DNA of 63,966 nt, counting the filler, from Reticulomyxa filosa (taxonomy: Eukaryota > Protista > Foraminifera), in assembly GCA_000512085.1 (NCBI GenBank). It is 18 parts of 18 records of this genome, joined end to end, with 100 filler letters (N's around TTAATTAATTAA, not from the genome) between each part and the next. Parts side by side here need not be neighbours in the genome. Positions count along the whole stretch, not along the records: positions 1 to 22,840 come from ASPP01012510.1; positions 22,941 to 24,520 come from ASPP01013290.1; positions 24,621 to 25,620 come from ASPP01021494.1; 15 more parts are not named here. The stretch is one strand, 5' to 3'. A program made the position numbers and the translations under genes. The notes beneath the pieces are model-generated. The model was given only the letters and a program-made list of their open reading frames with translations, was not told the DNA's origin and ran no database searches. Of this stretch, positions 12,438 to 25,034 are shown piece after piece (position 1 is the stretch's first letter; each line of letters begins with the position of its first letter).

Positions 12438-15218
12438 TTACTGAGTTTTTTGCTCATCAGGAGCATCATTTGTGTTTGAATTTGGATTTACATTTGTGGC
12501 AGAGTTGGCAAGATTTTTCTTTTTCTTTTGACGTTTGGCAGCACTAGGCTTTAAGTTATTGGAGGAAATATCTTTTTCCATTTGTTGAAACATATTTTTT
12601 GCTTCCAACGTTTGTGTAGAGGTCGTTGAGAGGGCCTCCTTGGCTTTCTTTTGTTCTTGTATTTCTTTTTGTTTTTTCAATGCTTCTTCGTACGCTGATC
12701 CTCCACTGACCAATTTGGAAGTCAACAGAGAATCTTCCACTTCCACAGTGCGGACCAACTTCGAAGAACTTTGCAAGCCTTTGAACTGAGTCACTTTTTG
12801 CGCTCTATTGATTTGTGTCCGTGTTATGTTTCGGAGTACCCTTTTAAATGTTTTGAAGGTATCGAAAGTGGTTCAATTTAAGGAGGAAGGAAACATAATT
12901 GTACATAACGTCGGCCACTTGTTGTTGTTCTTTCACATCAACAGTAACACGTAACATAGCTGTAGACTCCAAACCTTGAAAGGTTGATACCTTGGCCGCC
13001 TTGAATTTTGTTTACCAGACAACTTACATTAATGTACATATATAGCAATAGATTTTTTAGATAGTCACAAATTTGTATGTATTGTAATGTATTCAGATGC
13101 AAATAGCAAAGAAACAAACTTCTTGTAATTTGTGTTGGTTTTCTTGGCGAAGCAGCAGATCGGCGTCTTTGTTGTGTTCAACATCTGCTTTCAAATCGAA
13201 ATGAGCGGGTCGAACAAAATCACTGTGACTATGACTACTGGGCATAAACAAGAATTCTGTACCACTTTGTTGACGGAATTTTTCTTTGGCGGAATTGATC
13301 CTTTGCTTTTCCTCTTCGTTCAACTGAACCTGTGTTGCATTGGAGTTGTCATCCTTCGCTCCTTTACTTTGTGCATTTTCCAATAAAACTGCGTATTCGC
13401 TTTCACTAACTAGCTTTCTCTTTTTTTTTTTTTTTTTTTTTGTCACATTATATTTGTGCACACAAATGTATGCATATATTATATACATATGTACATAGTA
13501 CACATTAATATGACAAAAAAAGAGATTGCACAAAACGAAACATGTAAGATTTCAGCTTTGTGTGTTTCCAATTCATTGGTACTCAAGGTATCGATTGATT
13601 TCAGACCAGCAAATGTGGAGACTAATTTTTTTTGTTGAAGCTCTTCTTTATATTGATCGATATCATTTTTTGTCAAGCGAGTAGTATCGATGCTCTTTAA
13701 ATTGTTCACGAAGCGATGTGCAGCCTCTGCCTCAACACGTTGTTGTTCCTCCTTTTCTTTTTCTTTTGCTTTGTCTGTGATGTGCTGATCCAATTGAAGT
13801 GAGTCCGTATTGGCGGGGACACTATTGATGTTGTCCATTACAGCAGGAGTAATGCTGACCAAAGGAGGCGAAAGGATGGGTTGTTGTTTGTTGTTTTCGT
13901 TTGTTACAACAATTCGCGGGACTGTTTTGTCGGTCTCTTCATTCGTGGCTTGGATGGCATTGGCAGTAGTACCTTGAGTCAGACATTCACTTCCGATTGT
14001 TCATACATACATATCGTCATAAAACAAAAACAAAGAAAAGAAGAACCTTCAGATTTAGGCAAAACAGGCTCTTGCACGATGTTGAAAGGAGGACTTTGGA
14101 CTTGTATTTGAATCGGGGTTTGACTCTGAGCGGGCGTGGAAGCGAGTGGAGTGATGGCAGAGACAGTGACCGACGTGGGAGTGGGAACAGGAGTGGGGAC
14201 GAGTGCAATCGGCGGTGACGACGGCGAGAAAGACGTGATTGTAGTCGGCAACACCTTGAGTAGATCGGGGTCATCGAACAACGAACCAATGCCGTCGTCA
14301 TCGTCACTGATTTTGACAGAGGTAGCTATCGTTGCTGTTGCTGACGCTGATGCTGATGTTGTTGCAATGCCAGACACAGCAAATAAATCACTTTGGACAG
14401 ATAAGGCATTAATGCCAAGATCATCCATGTGGTCGTAGTCAATCAGATTGGTCGAGCCGGACAGTATGTTAGCTGCACTTTCGCTGGTTAATTTATCAAT
14501 ATCAATATTCGCTGTCAACGAATTCACATCCGCGTCGTACGAAAATTTGCCGTTTCTGTGTACAGTTCCTCCACCGACACTGTCTTCGTTTCCGTCGCTT
14601 CTGGGGCCACACTCGATGATGAATATGCGCGAGCAAACTGTTGTTTTATTTATTCATTTTCATTGTTCGCTTTCCTTTCTCTTTCTTTGCCTCCTTTCTT
14701 TTGTATATTAATCACTAAAAAAAGGGGAGTAATGATGTTGATACAAAAAATTCACATATGAGTCCTTCTTTTTTTTTTGCATTTGAAGAGAAACGCATAT
14801 TTTTTTGTTTAGTATATGAAATACTCCCCCCTTTTTTTTGGTTTGGTTTTAAGTCAGTGCATGTGTGTGTGCTTTCGTTGCTTGTCTTTACTTGGTTAGA
14901 ATTTTTTGGAGAGAGTCCAAGCGTCCGATTCGATCGACTTCGGAGCGATTTTGACCGCGTATTCAATTGGCTTTGCATTGAACCTGTTGAATTTATTGAT
15001 TTTCCCGAACCTGATGAGCTTCCATCGTTTGACGAATTATTGCCTGTCGTTTGCGAAGATACTTGTAACGCTATGGCATCTGCTATCTTGTGCACATCTT
15101 TCAGCTTTGTCTTTGTTTTTATTTTATTTGTTTGGTGTTGTAGTCTTTTGCTTTTTTTTCCTGTTAGATTTTTTCGTAGAAAATTTACAACAGATTATAG
15201 AGATTTCCTTACTTGCAT
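12438..15218 (-). CDS. Large hypothetical low-complexity protein with three C-terminal 'VSTFxGLxS' repeats
   Basis: Coding-like minus-strand ORFs 14715-15095, 13979-14527, 13479-13862, 13093-13533 and 12438-12794, separated by intron-like segments; start codon uncertain. Confidence 0.55.
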
Positions 15219-16751
15219 AATTTCTGCAATTCAATAGACACCAGGAAATAACCCAACCACGAGAAGAGATGGGATTAGTTTTTTAAAAAAGGGGTAATTG
15301 TGAAAGTGTTCGCTTTTTTGTAACTAGTTCGCAAAGTTGCACTTCAAGCAGTGCTGTGCCTTATTTGTATTTGGTTGCTATTGCTATCCTTGTTATCTTC
15401 TGCGATCTAAATTATCCAATTCTAAGTTAAAGATGGACATTCCGAAATTTGCTGAAGTTAGATCAATGAAAAAGCCTTAGGGTTAATGGTTTAGTTTCTC
15501 TTGTTCAAATACGTTTTTTATTGCCAACAACACTTAATCTCATTGTCTAAATTTCTCTGTCAAAATGAGAACACACAAAAGTTCTTGAAACAATGATGAA
15601 CGCATTTTACTAAAAATCAGATCATAACCAATTTGCTATAAGTTTTCTTCATTGCTTAACTGATTTCTTCAAATTTGTAATACAACAATTTTCCTTCCAA
15701 GAACACGATACACAAAACAATAAGCAACCCAATTAGGATCAAATCCCCATTTTGCAAATAAGATCTCTCAGATTGTAATACCATAGTTTTATCATGACAA
15801 ACCTCATGCTTTCCACAAATACTTTCCATAGAGTCTTTTGTCACAACTTATGTCTGCCAATACGAAAGCGTATGTGCAATATTAATATGGCTGCCTTTTT
15901 CCTGCATCGAAGCGCTACGATTTTTAGACAATTCGCAACGATTCAGAAGATGTTTTTGTTAAAGCAAATTAGAACGGATCCTTTGAGAAGATTGGTGGAA
16001 CTGTTTGAGATTGAGCACTGCACAAATTGATAAGTAGGAATCGCCTTTCGATTTTTAAACACTACGCGTCCTTTTGGCGACGGTTCACTTGTGCGTATCC
16101 TTTCATTGGGAGATATTATCAGTTAAGCTGCCAGCCGCAATCATTCAGCTTTAACTTGATAATTTTTTCAAAAAATTGCAAATTTTAATTTTTTTGTGTT
16201 AATATCTCGACAATAAAAAGCGATAGTTAACATTATCGGCGACTGTGTGCTTGTGAAAAAAGGTTTTACTTTTTTTGATTATGTCTGGAATTTAATTTTT
16301 TAATTCCTAATAATGTTTATTTTAATTTTTAACGTGTGCATTATATATATAGAATACGGGATTTAGAGTAAGTCTGTAAAAGTAAAAAGGAAGTTTTGTC
16401 TGAACTTAGAAATCCATCTTTCACTTCTTTACATTTGCTTTCTATTTCATGTATTTTCCTTTGTTATATTATTTTATTCAGTTTATTTTTGTTTTAGTAA
16501 AATGTATGTAAAAAAAATGCCTTGAAGATAGTACGACAATCGAATAGTCCTTTTAAGAAGAAAGACGCATTAGCATAAACATATGGAGAATGATATTAGT
16601 AGATGTAGCGAAACAAACAAATGTCTTATATGCGAAAAACACAAATATTGTTCAATAGCAATTATGCTTTAAGATGTATATAACGTGTTCTAGTATCAAA
16701 ATATTATGTTATCATTTTCAAACAACTTTATATTATATAATTATTTATTTA

Positions 16752-17034
16752 CAGTATGTTGAAAAGAAAACTGAACGCATAAAACATATCTTAATTTTAA
16801 TAAAAGTGCAAATGATACGCATTCTCACAGAATTTTCAAAAATCATTTGAAAGAATGTTGATTTCATACAATAAAAAAAAAGTTATTAAAAATCGATATC
16901 ATATTTAAAAACTACAAGACTTGTAGATATTTTTTTAAAAAAAAATTAGCTTTAAATGTTTATTTTTCATTAAGAAAATCTATCATCTTCATAAGGTGGC
17001 ATTTTCGGTGTTCAGTTTTTTTTGCAACATACTG
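16752..17034. mobile_element. Tc1/mariner-type MITE (283 bp) with 25-bp TIRs and TA target-site duplication
   Basis: Left TIR cagtatgttgaaaagaaaactgaac (16752-16776). Right TIR gttcagttttttttgcaacatactg (17010-17034); its reverse complement matches the left at 23/25. TA on both sides (16750-16751, 17035-17036). CAGT termini are typical of Tc1-like elements. Confidence 0.85.
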
Positions 17035-18027
17035 TATTTAATTTTATATTAAAAACAAAATATATATAACTTCCAGCTGTTTGATTTTGTCTTGTATTAA
17101 TTTAAACTTTTTCACCACTAAATCAAAATGTATTCTAATATTTGGTACAAGATTTGCTTCTAATTCATGTTTACAAAAATGATTATAACCAAATTCATAC
17201 AACTAGCAATATAATAATTTGAACTGTAATAAACCGTCAACATATACTACTATGTCATTTTCTATACAAATTTGCGCTCAAAAAGAAGATTTTACTTCAT
17301 TTTGACATAATTCCTCATTCAAATTACTCATGCTTTTTATATTTTTTTTATTTCTACTAAATTTCTGAAAGTCTTTTTTGAATTTAACTTAAATTGAAAA
17401 ACTCTTCTTTTTTTAACTATTGCAAACTCAATCAGTTATAAATAAAAATAAATTTGCTTTTTAAATATTGAACAAGTATAATTTCCATTACATAAATGGC
17501 AGGCCACTTTTATTTTTATTAATCAAGAACTGTTAATAGTTAATAATCTATCTAATGATATTTTTGCAAACGCCAATTGAAATTTAGACTGGATAAATAA
17601 ATAAAATAGTAATATTTGCATTTGAGATTAAAATGTGTTTATTAAACAATTTAATAAAAAATTTGGATTTCCCACGACTAAGAGAACTTATTGTAAGGAT
17701 GTTTTAACAGAAAATTCTCTTTCCAATTGGCTGACTTGAAAAAAATTAAACTCAAGTTAAAATAGCAGACAAAAAGAAAAAAGTTGTGCATATTGGATTA
17801 AGTGAAATTTGAATATTGGTATGTTTTGTAATGTTGTTGACAGTTGAGAAACTTTGACAAGGAGGAAATGACTTAGGGGCTTGGATAAAAATTGTTGGCT
17901 TTAAACTATCGGTAAACAACTGTTAAGGAATGGAATAAAACGAAACAAAAAAATGACACTTGGGACAGTGAAGACAAACGAATACGTAGTGTGGGCTAAC
18001 CAACACTAACAAGCTCAGGAAGAGTTA

Positions 18028-18919
18028 ATGAATAATCGAATTGAAACGAGGCCATTGTTAGGTAACAAAGAGGAAAGCGGCAGCGACGACACCAATGAAG
18101 CAAAGAGTGAATACGTAAAAAGAGAAAGAATTGGAAAAAATACAATCAGCGTAACAGTTCTGAAACACAACGGAGAGTGCCATTCTGCTCATCCATCAAT
18201 AAATGAGTCACAACCACAGCCCAATGAAAAAGAGCCTCTATTGAAGGTGACATTACTGCAAGTAGGCAAAGATAGAAAAGTTGTGACTGTCAACCCGAAT
18301 TGGACTATCCTACACTTCAAACTTACTCATTTTTCCACGGAAATTGTCACAAAGAAACAAAATGTCCGACTCATTTATCAAGTTCTGAAACAACAACCAC
18401 AACAAACAAAAAGAAGGTGGATATTATGTAACCCTTTTTTTTTAAAAAAAAAAAGGGAGAATTGTTGGAAAATAACAGAAAATTAAGTGAATACCGTATA
18501 AAAAATGAAGGATTTATCCATGTCGCAATAAGCGATAGTCATGGAGCACAATCAAGAGGCGATTGGAGATCCGTGATAGAAGCACTGCCTAACAACTGCC
18601 GTGCTGATGGATTTTACTCGGACGAGGAGTTGGCCAGGATATTGCAAGAAAGAGAACAACAAATTGCCATGGATGACGAAAATGATGTTCCACTTCTCCC
18701 ACCGATTATCCACAATCCCAGAGAAGACACCCAAGATTTTGTTTGTGGTTTTTTTTGGGACTTATGTTAGGCATTTGGGTTTTTTTGTTCATCATGTGCA
18801 ATCGTCGCTATGCTCGATCTTCACGCTTTCGATATGGTGCTTTGCTAGGTGCAATGATCAATTTAATTGCAGAGATTTTCACCTCTCAATCATCCACAAG
18901 AGATCAACTCAATAACTAG
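18028..18919 (+). CDS. Ubiquitin-like domain membrane protein, Dsc3/DUF2407-like
   Basis: UBL 'NVRLIYQ|GELLENNRKLSEYRIKNEGFIHVAIS' across an intron (~18382-18455). Restoring one T in the T8 run at 18749-18756 gives 'DFVCGFFLGLMLGIWVFLF...FRYGALLGAMINL', stop at 18917-18919. Confidence 0.75.
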
Positions 18920-19853
18920 GTTGCTTGTTCTGCATTCCCACATATTAATCAATGGACACGATACAAATTGGAGGACGACTCGTGTTTTTATATTTGTGAT
19001 GTTTTTTGTTACTACTGTTGTGAAAGTAATGTCAGTAGTTCAGTCTCAAATTACCTTTTTTCTGTTTTTGCAAGGCTATTACTTGAATTTTCATTTTGTA
19101 TTCTACGACAAGAGAAAAAAAGAAAAACTAAAAGGACATTATTTTTCGAAGTTTTTTCGGTTTGGTTTGTGGCACCTCGAAATTCATCAACAAATCAATC
19201 CCTATAACTATCTCTGTTAACTTTTATCATTTGATTTTCTAATATGGATGTAAAAAGTTTTTGACTTTAGCACTTAAAAAAGCCATATTTGGCCTGGCCC
19301 AAATTTGTATACGTCGACCAATTATATCACTAAAACAGGCAACGTAAAAATTTGTGAACACATCATTTGACAGCACGTATACATACGATCATGTATATGA
19401 ATGTATTTTTTTGTTTTAAAAAAAGATGAGAGCAAATGGCTATTTGCTATAGACCTTTTTTGAAATAGTGACATTTTATTTGTTTATGGATAGCCAAATC
19501 AAATAAACAGTCGAAGGAAATACCGAACTTTCGAAAAATAAAAAACCGAACAAACTAAGTTTGATAATCCATAAAACGTAGTCAACCTTGTTTTGCATTC
19601 GATTCAAGAAAAAAACAACGGAAAAAAGAACAAATTCGAAGCGAAGTTTTTTTTTGGGAGAGAGGAAGAACGAAAAAACCAAAAAAAAAACAAACAAACT
19701 CTGTACACAAAAAAAAAAAAGTAAAATAGGCTTTGCTTTATCCGTTTACCCATTTCAAGTATGATGATGTGTGCTGTCAGTTGTTTACTTCTGCCAACAA
19801 ACAAGTCAAACAGCGAAAACGCCAAATATATTACTCATTAACTACTTCGAATA

Positions 19854-20743
19854 TTAACCAAATAATGACAACTCCAATTTAGAATGCGCAATTGAGGTAG
19901 ATCCTTTCACATTAGTATTACAATTTTGATCGCTTGAATTATAATCATTTCCACGTTCATCTTCATTGGTATCCGAAAGTTCTAATTCGTCAATCTCTCT
20001 GGCTATCAAATCTTGTTCCATTGCAATTGATGTATTTGCACTCTCTTTTTCTGATTTGTTGTCATCGATGGAAAACGTGCTTCGAAACAGGAGTACTTTC
20101 CCCAAAAAATTACCCCCACAAAACACAATATAGTGAAAAGGATAGAAGTGGGAATGAAACACATACGTATATATGTAATATTGTCCTTTTCATAAATACC
20201 ATAAGGCGTAAACATCTCGGTCGTCAAAAGACATTCACCTTGAGGTGAGGTTGGTGTTGGCATAGATATCACTGTATTGTAATGACAATGATATTCTAAA
20301 AATACTGCAAATTCATAGATGGTACCATTTTTGTCACTTTGATCGGATTGAAAACGCCGTATACAATAGGGAAGAATAGAAGTATTCACATCATTATCTT
20401 TTTCCATGGATTCCGCAGCAATAGATTCATAACTACCATTCATCCAACACGTTGTATTCTCATGCCATTCTTCCCTTTCATGACTTATATCAGATTCAGA
20501 AATGATTCCCGGTCTAGGTTTGTTCATTTTGTTGGTACGTGAGTTTTGATAATGAGCCACCAACATTGTATATTGGTCACACTCTAACAATAACATCGTA
20601 TTTGAAATGTCGTTGTGGAAACTTGCTTTTAAGTCCTGAAACTGTTTTAGCAAGTCAAAATTAAACGTTTTTTGTAAAAAATTGGCCTCCACACCATGAT
20701 AAGCTATACTTAAAAGTTGTTCATGCAATATAATTCCTAGCAT
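19854..20743 (-). CDS. Hypothetical protein
   Basis: 245-aa ORF plus a downstream exon; coding-like composition; no motif recognised with confidence. Confidence 0.5.
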
Positions 20744-21195
20744 TTCTTTGAATTGCCCATATTAAAGGAGTAACCAAGTTATATACGAGTTTTTTAAGTT
20801 TACTTTAACAGCATATCAACATGTCGTCAGAGGATTATTCAAATTCCCTTCTTGCTATATACCAGATTGAAATGAATTTAATAGTTGATCTATTGTCCTT
20901 TTCACAAGCCAAAAAATAATATTAACTAATTTTAGTATAACTTGAGAGAAAAAAACATTTGAGCGATTCTATGTTATCAGAAAAATTAAAAACAAAAAAT
21001 ATCACAAAATGAATGGTGATGTTTTATTCTGGAAAGAAATAGCATTTATATTGTTTGTTAGTAGCAGACAAACGTATCAATCACACTCAATGCATTCCAA
21101 ATAAAACAGCAAACACATAGAAAGTAATTTATTGTTTTCCTCCTCGTTGTGACATGTTTTTTCAGGTGTGTAGATGTGCAAAAAAAAAAGAATGG

Positions 21196-22840
21196 TTACA
21201 ACACAAACTCATCATCGTCCGTACAGTTACCATCTGTTTCATCGACCTTGCATGTTTGAGGCTTAAGCGCATATTTAAACAAAAGTGGAAGGTATTTTTT
21301 GTAGTGTTTGGCATGATAACGGCTTCTATTCTTATTGCCATTGGAATATTTCCATTCGTTAAGTTTTTTTTTAAAATTTTCCAATACCTTCATGCCGTGA
21401 TAGGCACCCATTAAACCTCCAACGACACAGCAATTACTATCAGGATTGCCCTGAATATGCAGTGTCTCTTTTATGGCGATATCAAAAGGGCTTTGTTTGT
21501 ACAAATGATAGAAAGCATACTGAAGACTAATCCGAATATGGCTGTTGAGCCGAAGTTTCATGAATTCACTCGTAAGCGATTTGTGGTCAGATTTGGAGTT
21601 GGGCGTAGCCACATCCCTTGCTTGAGTGATCCACTTGATAACAGTGGAAATGGCAGACGGTTTGGTATTGGAGGATTTAGCAGCGGTACGAACTTTTTGT
21701 TTTTCGGCTTCCAAATATTTGAGAACATGTTTGACAGCCAATTTGTGTTTGTTGGCCTTGGCAGGAAAACGGATGAGATACTGAGCGGCCAAAGCATAAG
21801 CGGCCAAAGAGTAGTACACAGTGTCACTTGCATGTGTCAATGAGCTTTCTATCGCATTAAATTCAAAGTCTTTTCAGGATCTAAACGGATACCATAGACA
21901 ATCAACGGCATACAGCGAATAAGACTGCCATTTGTGGCAACTCCAGATTCGCCCTCTTTTATTAGCCGATCGTTTTCTTCGAGAGCCCTTTTGCGTACTT
22001 CCATTACCGTATCCTCGGACTTCTTGGATGCGTTGGACGTCTTCAATGTCATCTTTATGAGCTGTCCGGCATCCAGAGGATTGCTTTTTAGCCATCGCTG
22101 ATATTCCTTCACGATGTATTTCATCGTTACAACGTTGGGGCGATTTTGTTTCTTATTCTGTTGAATCATCTTTAGCAGTCCACGTGTGATACATAGAGCC
22201 ATTTCGGTATCATCAGTCACTTGTCCCTGATTACCCCGGCGTGGTGCTTTCATCTTTATCGCTTGCGCAATCGACTTGGAATTGTTCTTGAAGCAATTGC
22301 CAATGGCATCTCCAGCCGCGGCACCATAACACAAGGCTTGTATATAATTAAGTGTTTCGTCTCTGCTTGCTTTTGATAATCCGTGGACTGTTTCATAAAG
22401 CGGATTGAGTTCACTGTGCTCTTTTTTGTTGTGTTTACCACTTTGTTGATATTTGAGCACGCACAAACAAAAGAAATATTATTTGTTGTTTGCACTTCCA
22501 CAAGACACAATTTGAAACAAACCACTTGGAAAGTCATCATCATCTTCCTTGGCATCGTCTCCAATCACTTCATCCTCCTCTGTATCATTTTCTTCCTCCA
22601 AATCTACAAAGGCTGAATCTTCTTCTGTATCATTTTCATCGATTTGCGATTGGTCTTTTGATGTTTTTTTTTTATCGTATTCTTTGCCATTCTGGTTTTT
22701 ATCGACTTTTTTCGACTCGTTTTTATTTCCGTTCTGACCCTTTTTTTCCTTCTCATCTTTGTTCTCGTCCTCATCTTCCTCATTCTCTTCTTCTTCATCA
22801 TCCTCTTCTTCTTCTTCATCATCCTCTTCTTCTTCTTCTT
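21196..22840 (-). CDS. ADP-ribosylglycohydrolase (ARH/DraG family) with acidic low-complexity N-terminus; 5' end lost at spacer; one frameshift
   Basis: 'CYGAAAGDAIG', 'GQVTDDTEMALCITRGL', 'ATNGSLIRCMPL', 'SSLTHAS', 'GNPDSNCCVVGGLMGAYHG'. The frame changes near 21850 (ATG CGA TAG versus ATA GAA AGC TCA TTG ACA CAT). Confidence 0.88.
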
Positions 22841-22940
22841 NNNNNNNNNNNNNNNNNNNNNNNNNNNNNNNNNNNNNNNNNNNNTTAATTAATTAANNNN
22901 NNNNNNNNNNNNNNNNNNNNNNNNNNNNNNNNNNNNNNNN
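22841..22940. other. Artificial contig spacer (44 N + TTAATTAATTAA + 44 N), first of 17
   Basis: Identical 100-bp blocks also at 24521-24620, 25621-25720, 29281-29380, 32788-32887, 35216-35315, 39926-40025, 45083-45182, 46864-46963, 49949-50048, 51444-51543, 54786-54885, 56522-56621, 58416-58515, 59706-59805, 60851-60950 and 62573-62672. TTAATTAATTAA puts stops in all six frames. Confidence 0.98.
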
Positions 22941-22970
22941 GACGACAATGACGAAGACTACAATGCAAAC

Positions 22971-23005
<35 letters not shown>

Positions 23006-24520
23006 AGACTACGACTGCAACAACGACAAACCGAAAAGTAAAAAGGAAGTAAAGAAAACAATAAAGACAAACACAAAGATAAAAACAATGATAAAAATGG
23101 CAGAGGAATCGAAAACTGACAAGAAGACACAGGACAATATGAAACACAATTGTTTGTTATGTCATCAACAATACGAATACGAAATAACTGTCCCTTGCTG
23201 CTCGAATATCAGTTATTGCAAGCGGTGTCTGCTGCGGGCAATCAAGGAAGAGGAGTGGTGTCCCCATTGCCTAACTTTGACTGAGAGAGACGATGTCGTG
23301 ATCGTGTACCCATTCGATCCACACAAGAATGAACGGGAAAAGAAGAAACGATTCCAAAATAAACAAAAAAAAGTGTTGTGCGAATGCTCAATCGGCGGGG
23401 GAAGAGAGTCCTCCTCTGATTCTTCGGATTCTTCAGATTCCTCAAATTCCCGCCCCAATTGCACCTCATCGAAAAATCGCAATGATCCGTCTTTGTCACG
23501 CTTCGACATGAGTTCTTTGGATCCTACTTCCCTTGTCGATGATCATAAACATGCGTCTCTTCTTCAGTCTATCCCTCGTATTCTCGATCTTGTTCGTGTT
23601 TTTTTTTTTTGTATACTTTGTATATATGTATATGCATTTTATGCGCATGTATGAAATGGTAGGATGCAAAGAATGCCCCGCTTAGTCATCTTCAGTGTCC
23701 TGACATACTTTTGAAGACAGAAGTTTTGATCGTCCAAATAGTAGGAAATCCGGATGTAAAAATTAGTGATATTTTTGGCTCGTGGACTAGTTTCATGTTA
23801 CATCTCCAAAAGAACACGCTAGTTTTGATTCTTTTTTTTCCCTTGTTCTTTTTCTACTGTGCCGTAATCTATACACATGTTCTTGTGTTGTGTCTTATGG
23901 TTCCGGTGTTGTTCCTAAAAAAAAAAAAATAAAAATAAAAAAAGGACCTGTGTGAAGTGCCTCCGTGTGGAATGCAGGCATTGAATAATATATTTAAAGT
24001 TAATTTCATGCTGAACAACACAACTGATCTTTGTGCAATAAACATAATAAAAAAATAAAAAAATAAAAAGAAACCTAGTTTTAAGAGTGTAATAAAGTAT
24101 ACGCGAATAAAACAAACGACGAAAATTGTCACGTATGAAGTGACTGTTTTCGTGAAAATGTTAAAATCGGTGCAAAGGTATTCCCACATTGGGTTCAAGA
24201 ATATCGTGATGCATGGCCGGCCATCGCCCTTGCAAGAGTTTTGCAAAAAAGCAATTACGTTTCAATCGCAGAACAAAAAGCGAGCTAAACTGGCATACCC
24301 TGGCAAAAACCTAGGCAAAATACTGAACCTTGCTTGCCGTTATTCCACAAGTGAAGAAGAAGGATTACTCCAAATTCGCGCAGATCGTTTGAACATTTCT
24401 CTCCCTTTGCAGTTTTCAGAAGAGAAGGGGGGGGGGAAATATATATATGTACATATATATATATGTATATATAGACCTTATCAAGTGCAAACTGTGCAAT
24501 GGATGTACACTCGCGAGTTG
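22941..24520 (+). CDS. RING-finger protein entering an SNF2 helicase domain (SHPRH/Rad5-like), partial
   Basis: RING-like 'CLLC...VPCCSNISYCKRCL.......CPHC'; the last exon begins 'RPYQVQTVQWMYTRE', the SNF2 Q-motif region typical of SHPRH/Rad5; truncated by spacers. Confidence 0.6.
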
Positions 24521-25034
24521 NNNNNNNNNNNNNNNNNNNNNNNNNNNNNNNNNNNNNNNNNNNNTTAATTAATTAANNNNNNNNNNNNNNNNNNNNNNNN
24601 NNNNNNNNNNNNNNNNNNNNTCACTTTTGTGTTTGTGACCGCTTCATATGTACAGTCCCAGTATCACAATCACAAGGCAAATATCCAAACCACATACCCC
24701 GAATAGCAACAAACCACAATCTAGTTTTCTGTATTCGGACCAATTCCAAATGCCTCTTTTTTGTTGAAGCATGATTATTTTTTTCCCCCCTTTCTTGAAC
24801 TTGACGTGTTTTGGAAACTTGTTGCTTGTTTTTTAGTACACGTGCGTTTCTAAGATACGTCTGATAAAAAACATTTAAAAGAATATATGTGATTAAGTGA
24901 AGTGCATTCTAATTTTAATTGTTAATGACTTTAAAGAAAATGATAAAATGAAAAAAGTTCAGAAAGACATATGAAACAGGTGATTTTGATATTTGTATCA
25001 TGTGCTATACATTTTTGTTGAAATTTGAAACATA

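Noticed and set aside
15656-16110. Short ORFs with a hydrophobic C-terminal segment
   Set aside because: No continuous frame or recognisable motif; cannot be supported as a gene.
22885-22896. Recurrent palindrome TTAATTAATTAA, superficially a repeat array or recombination site
   Set aside because: Always centred in exactly 100-bp N blocks, so it is an artificial six-frame-stop linker. Gene neighbourhoods across these spacers were therefore not interpreted.
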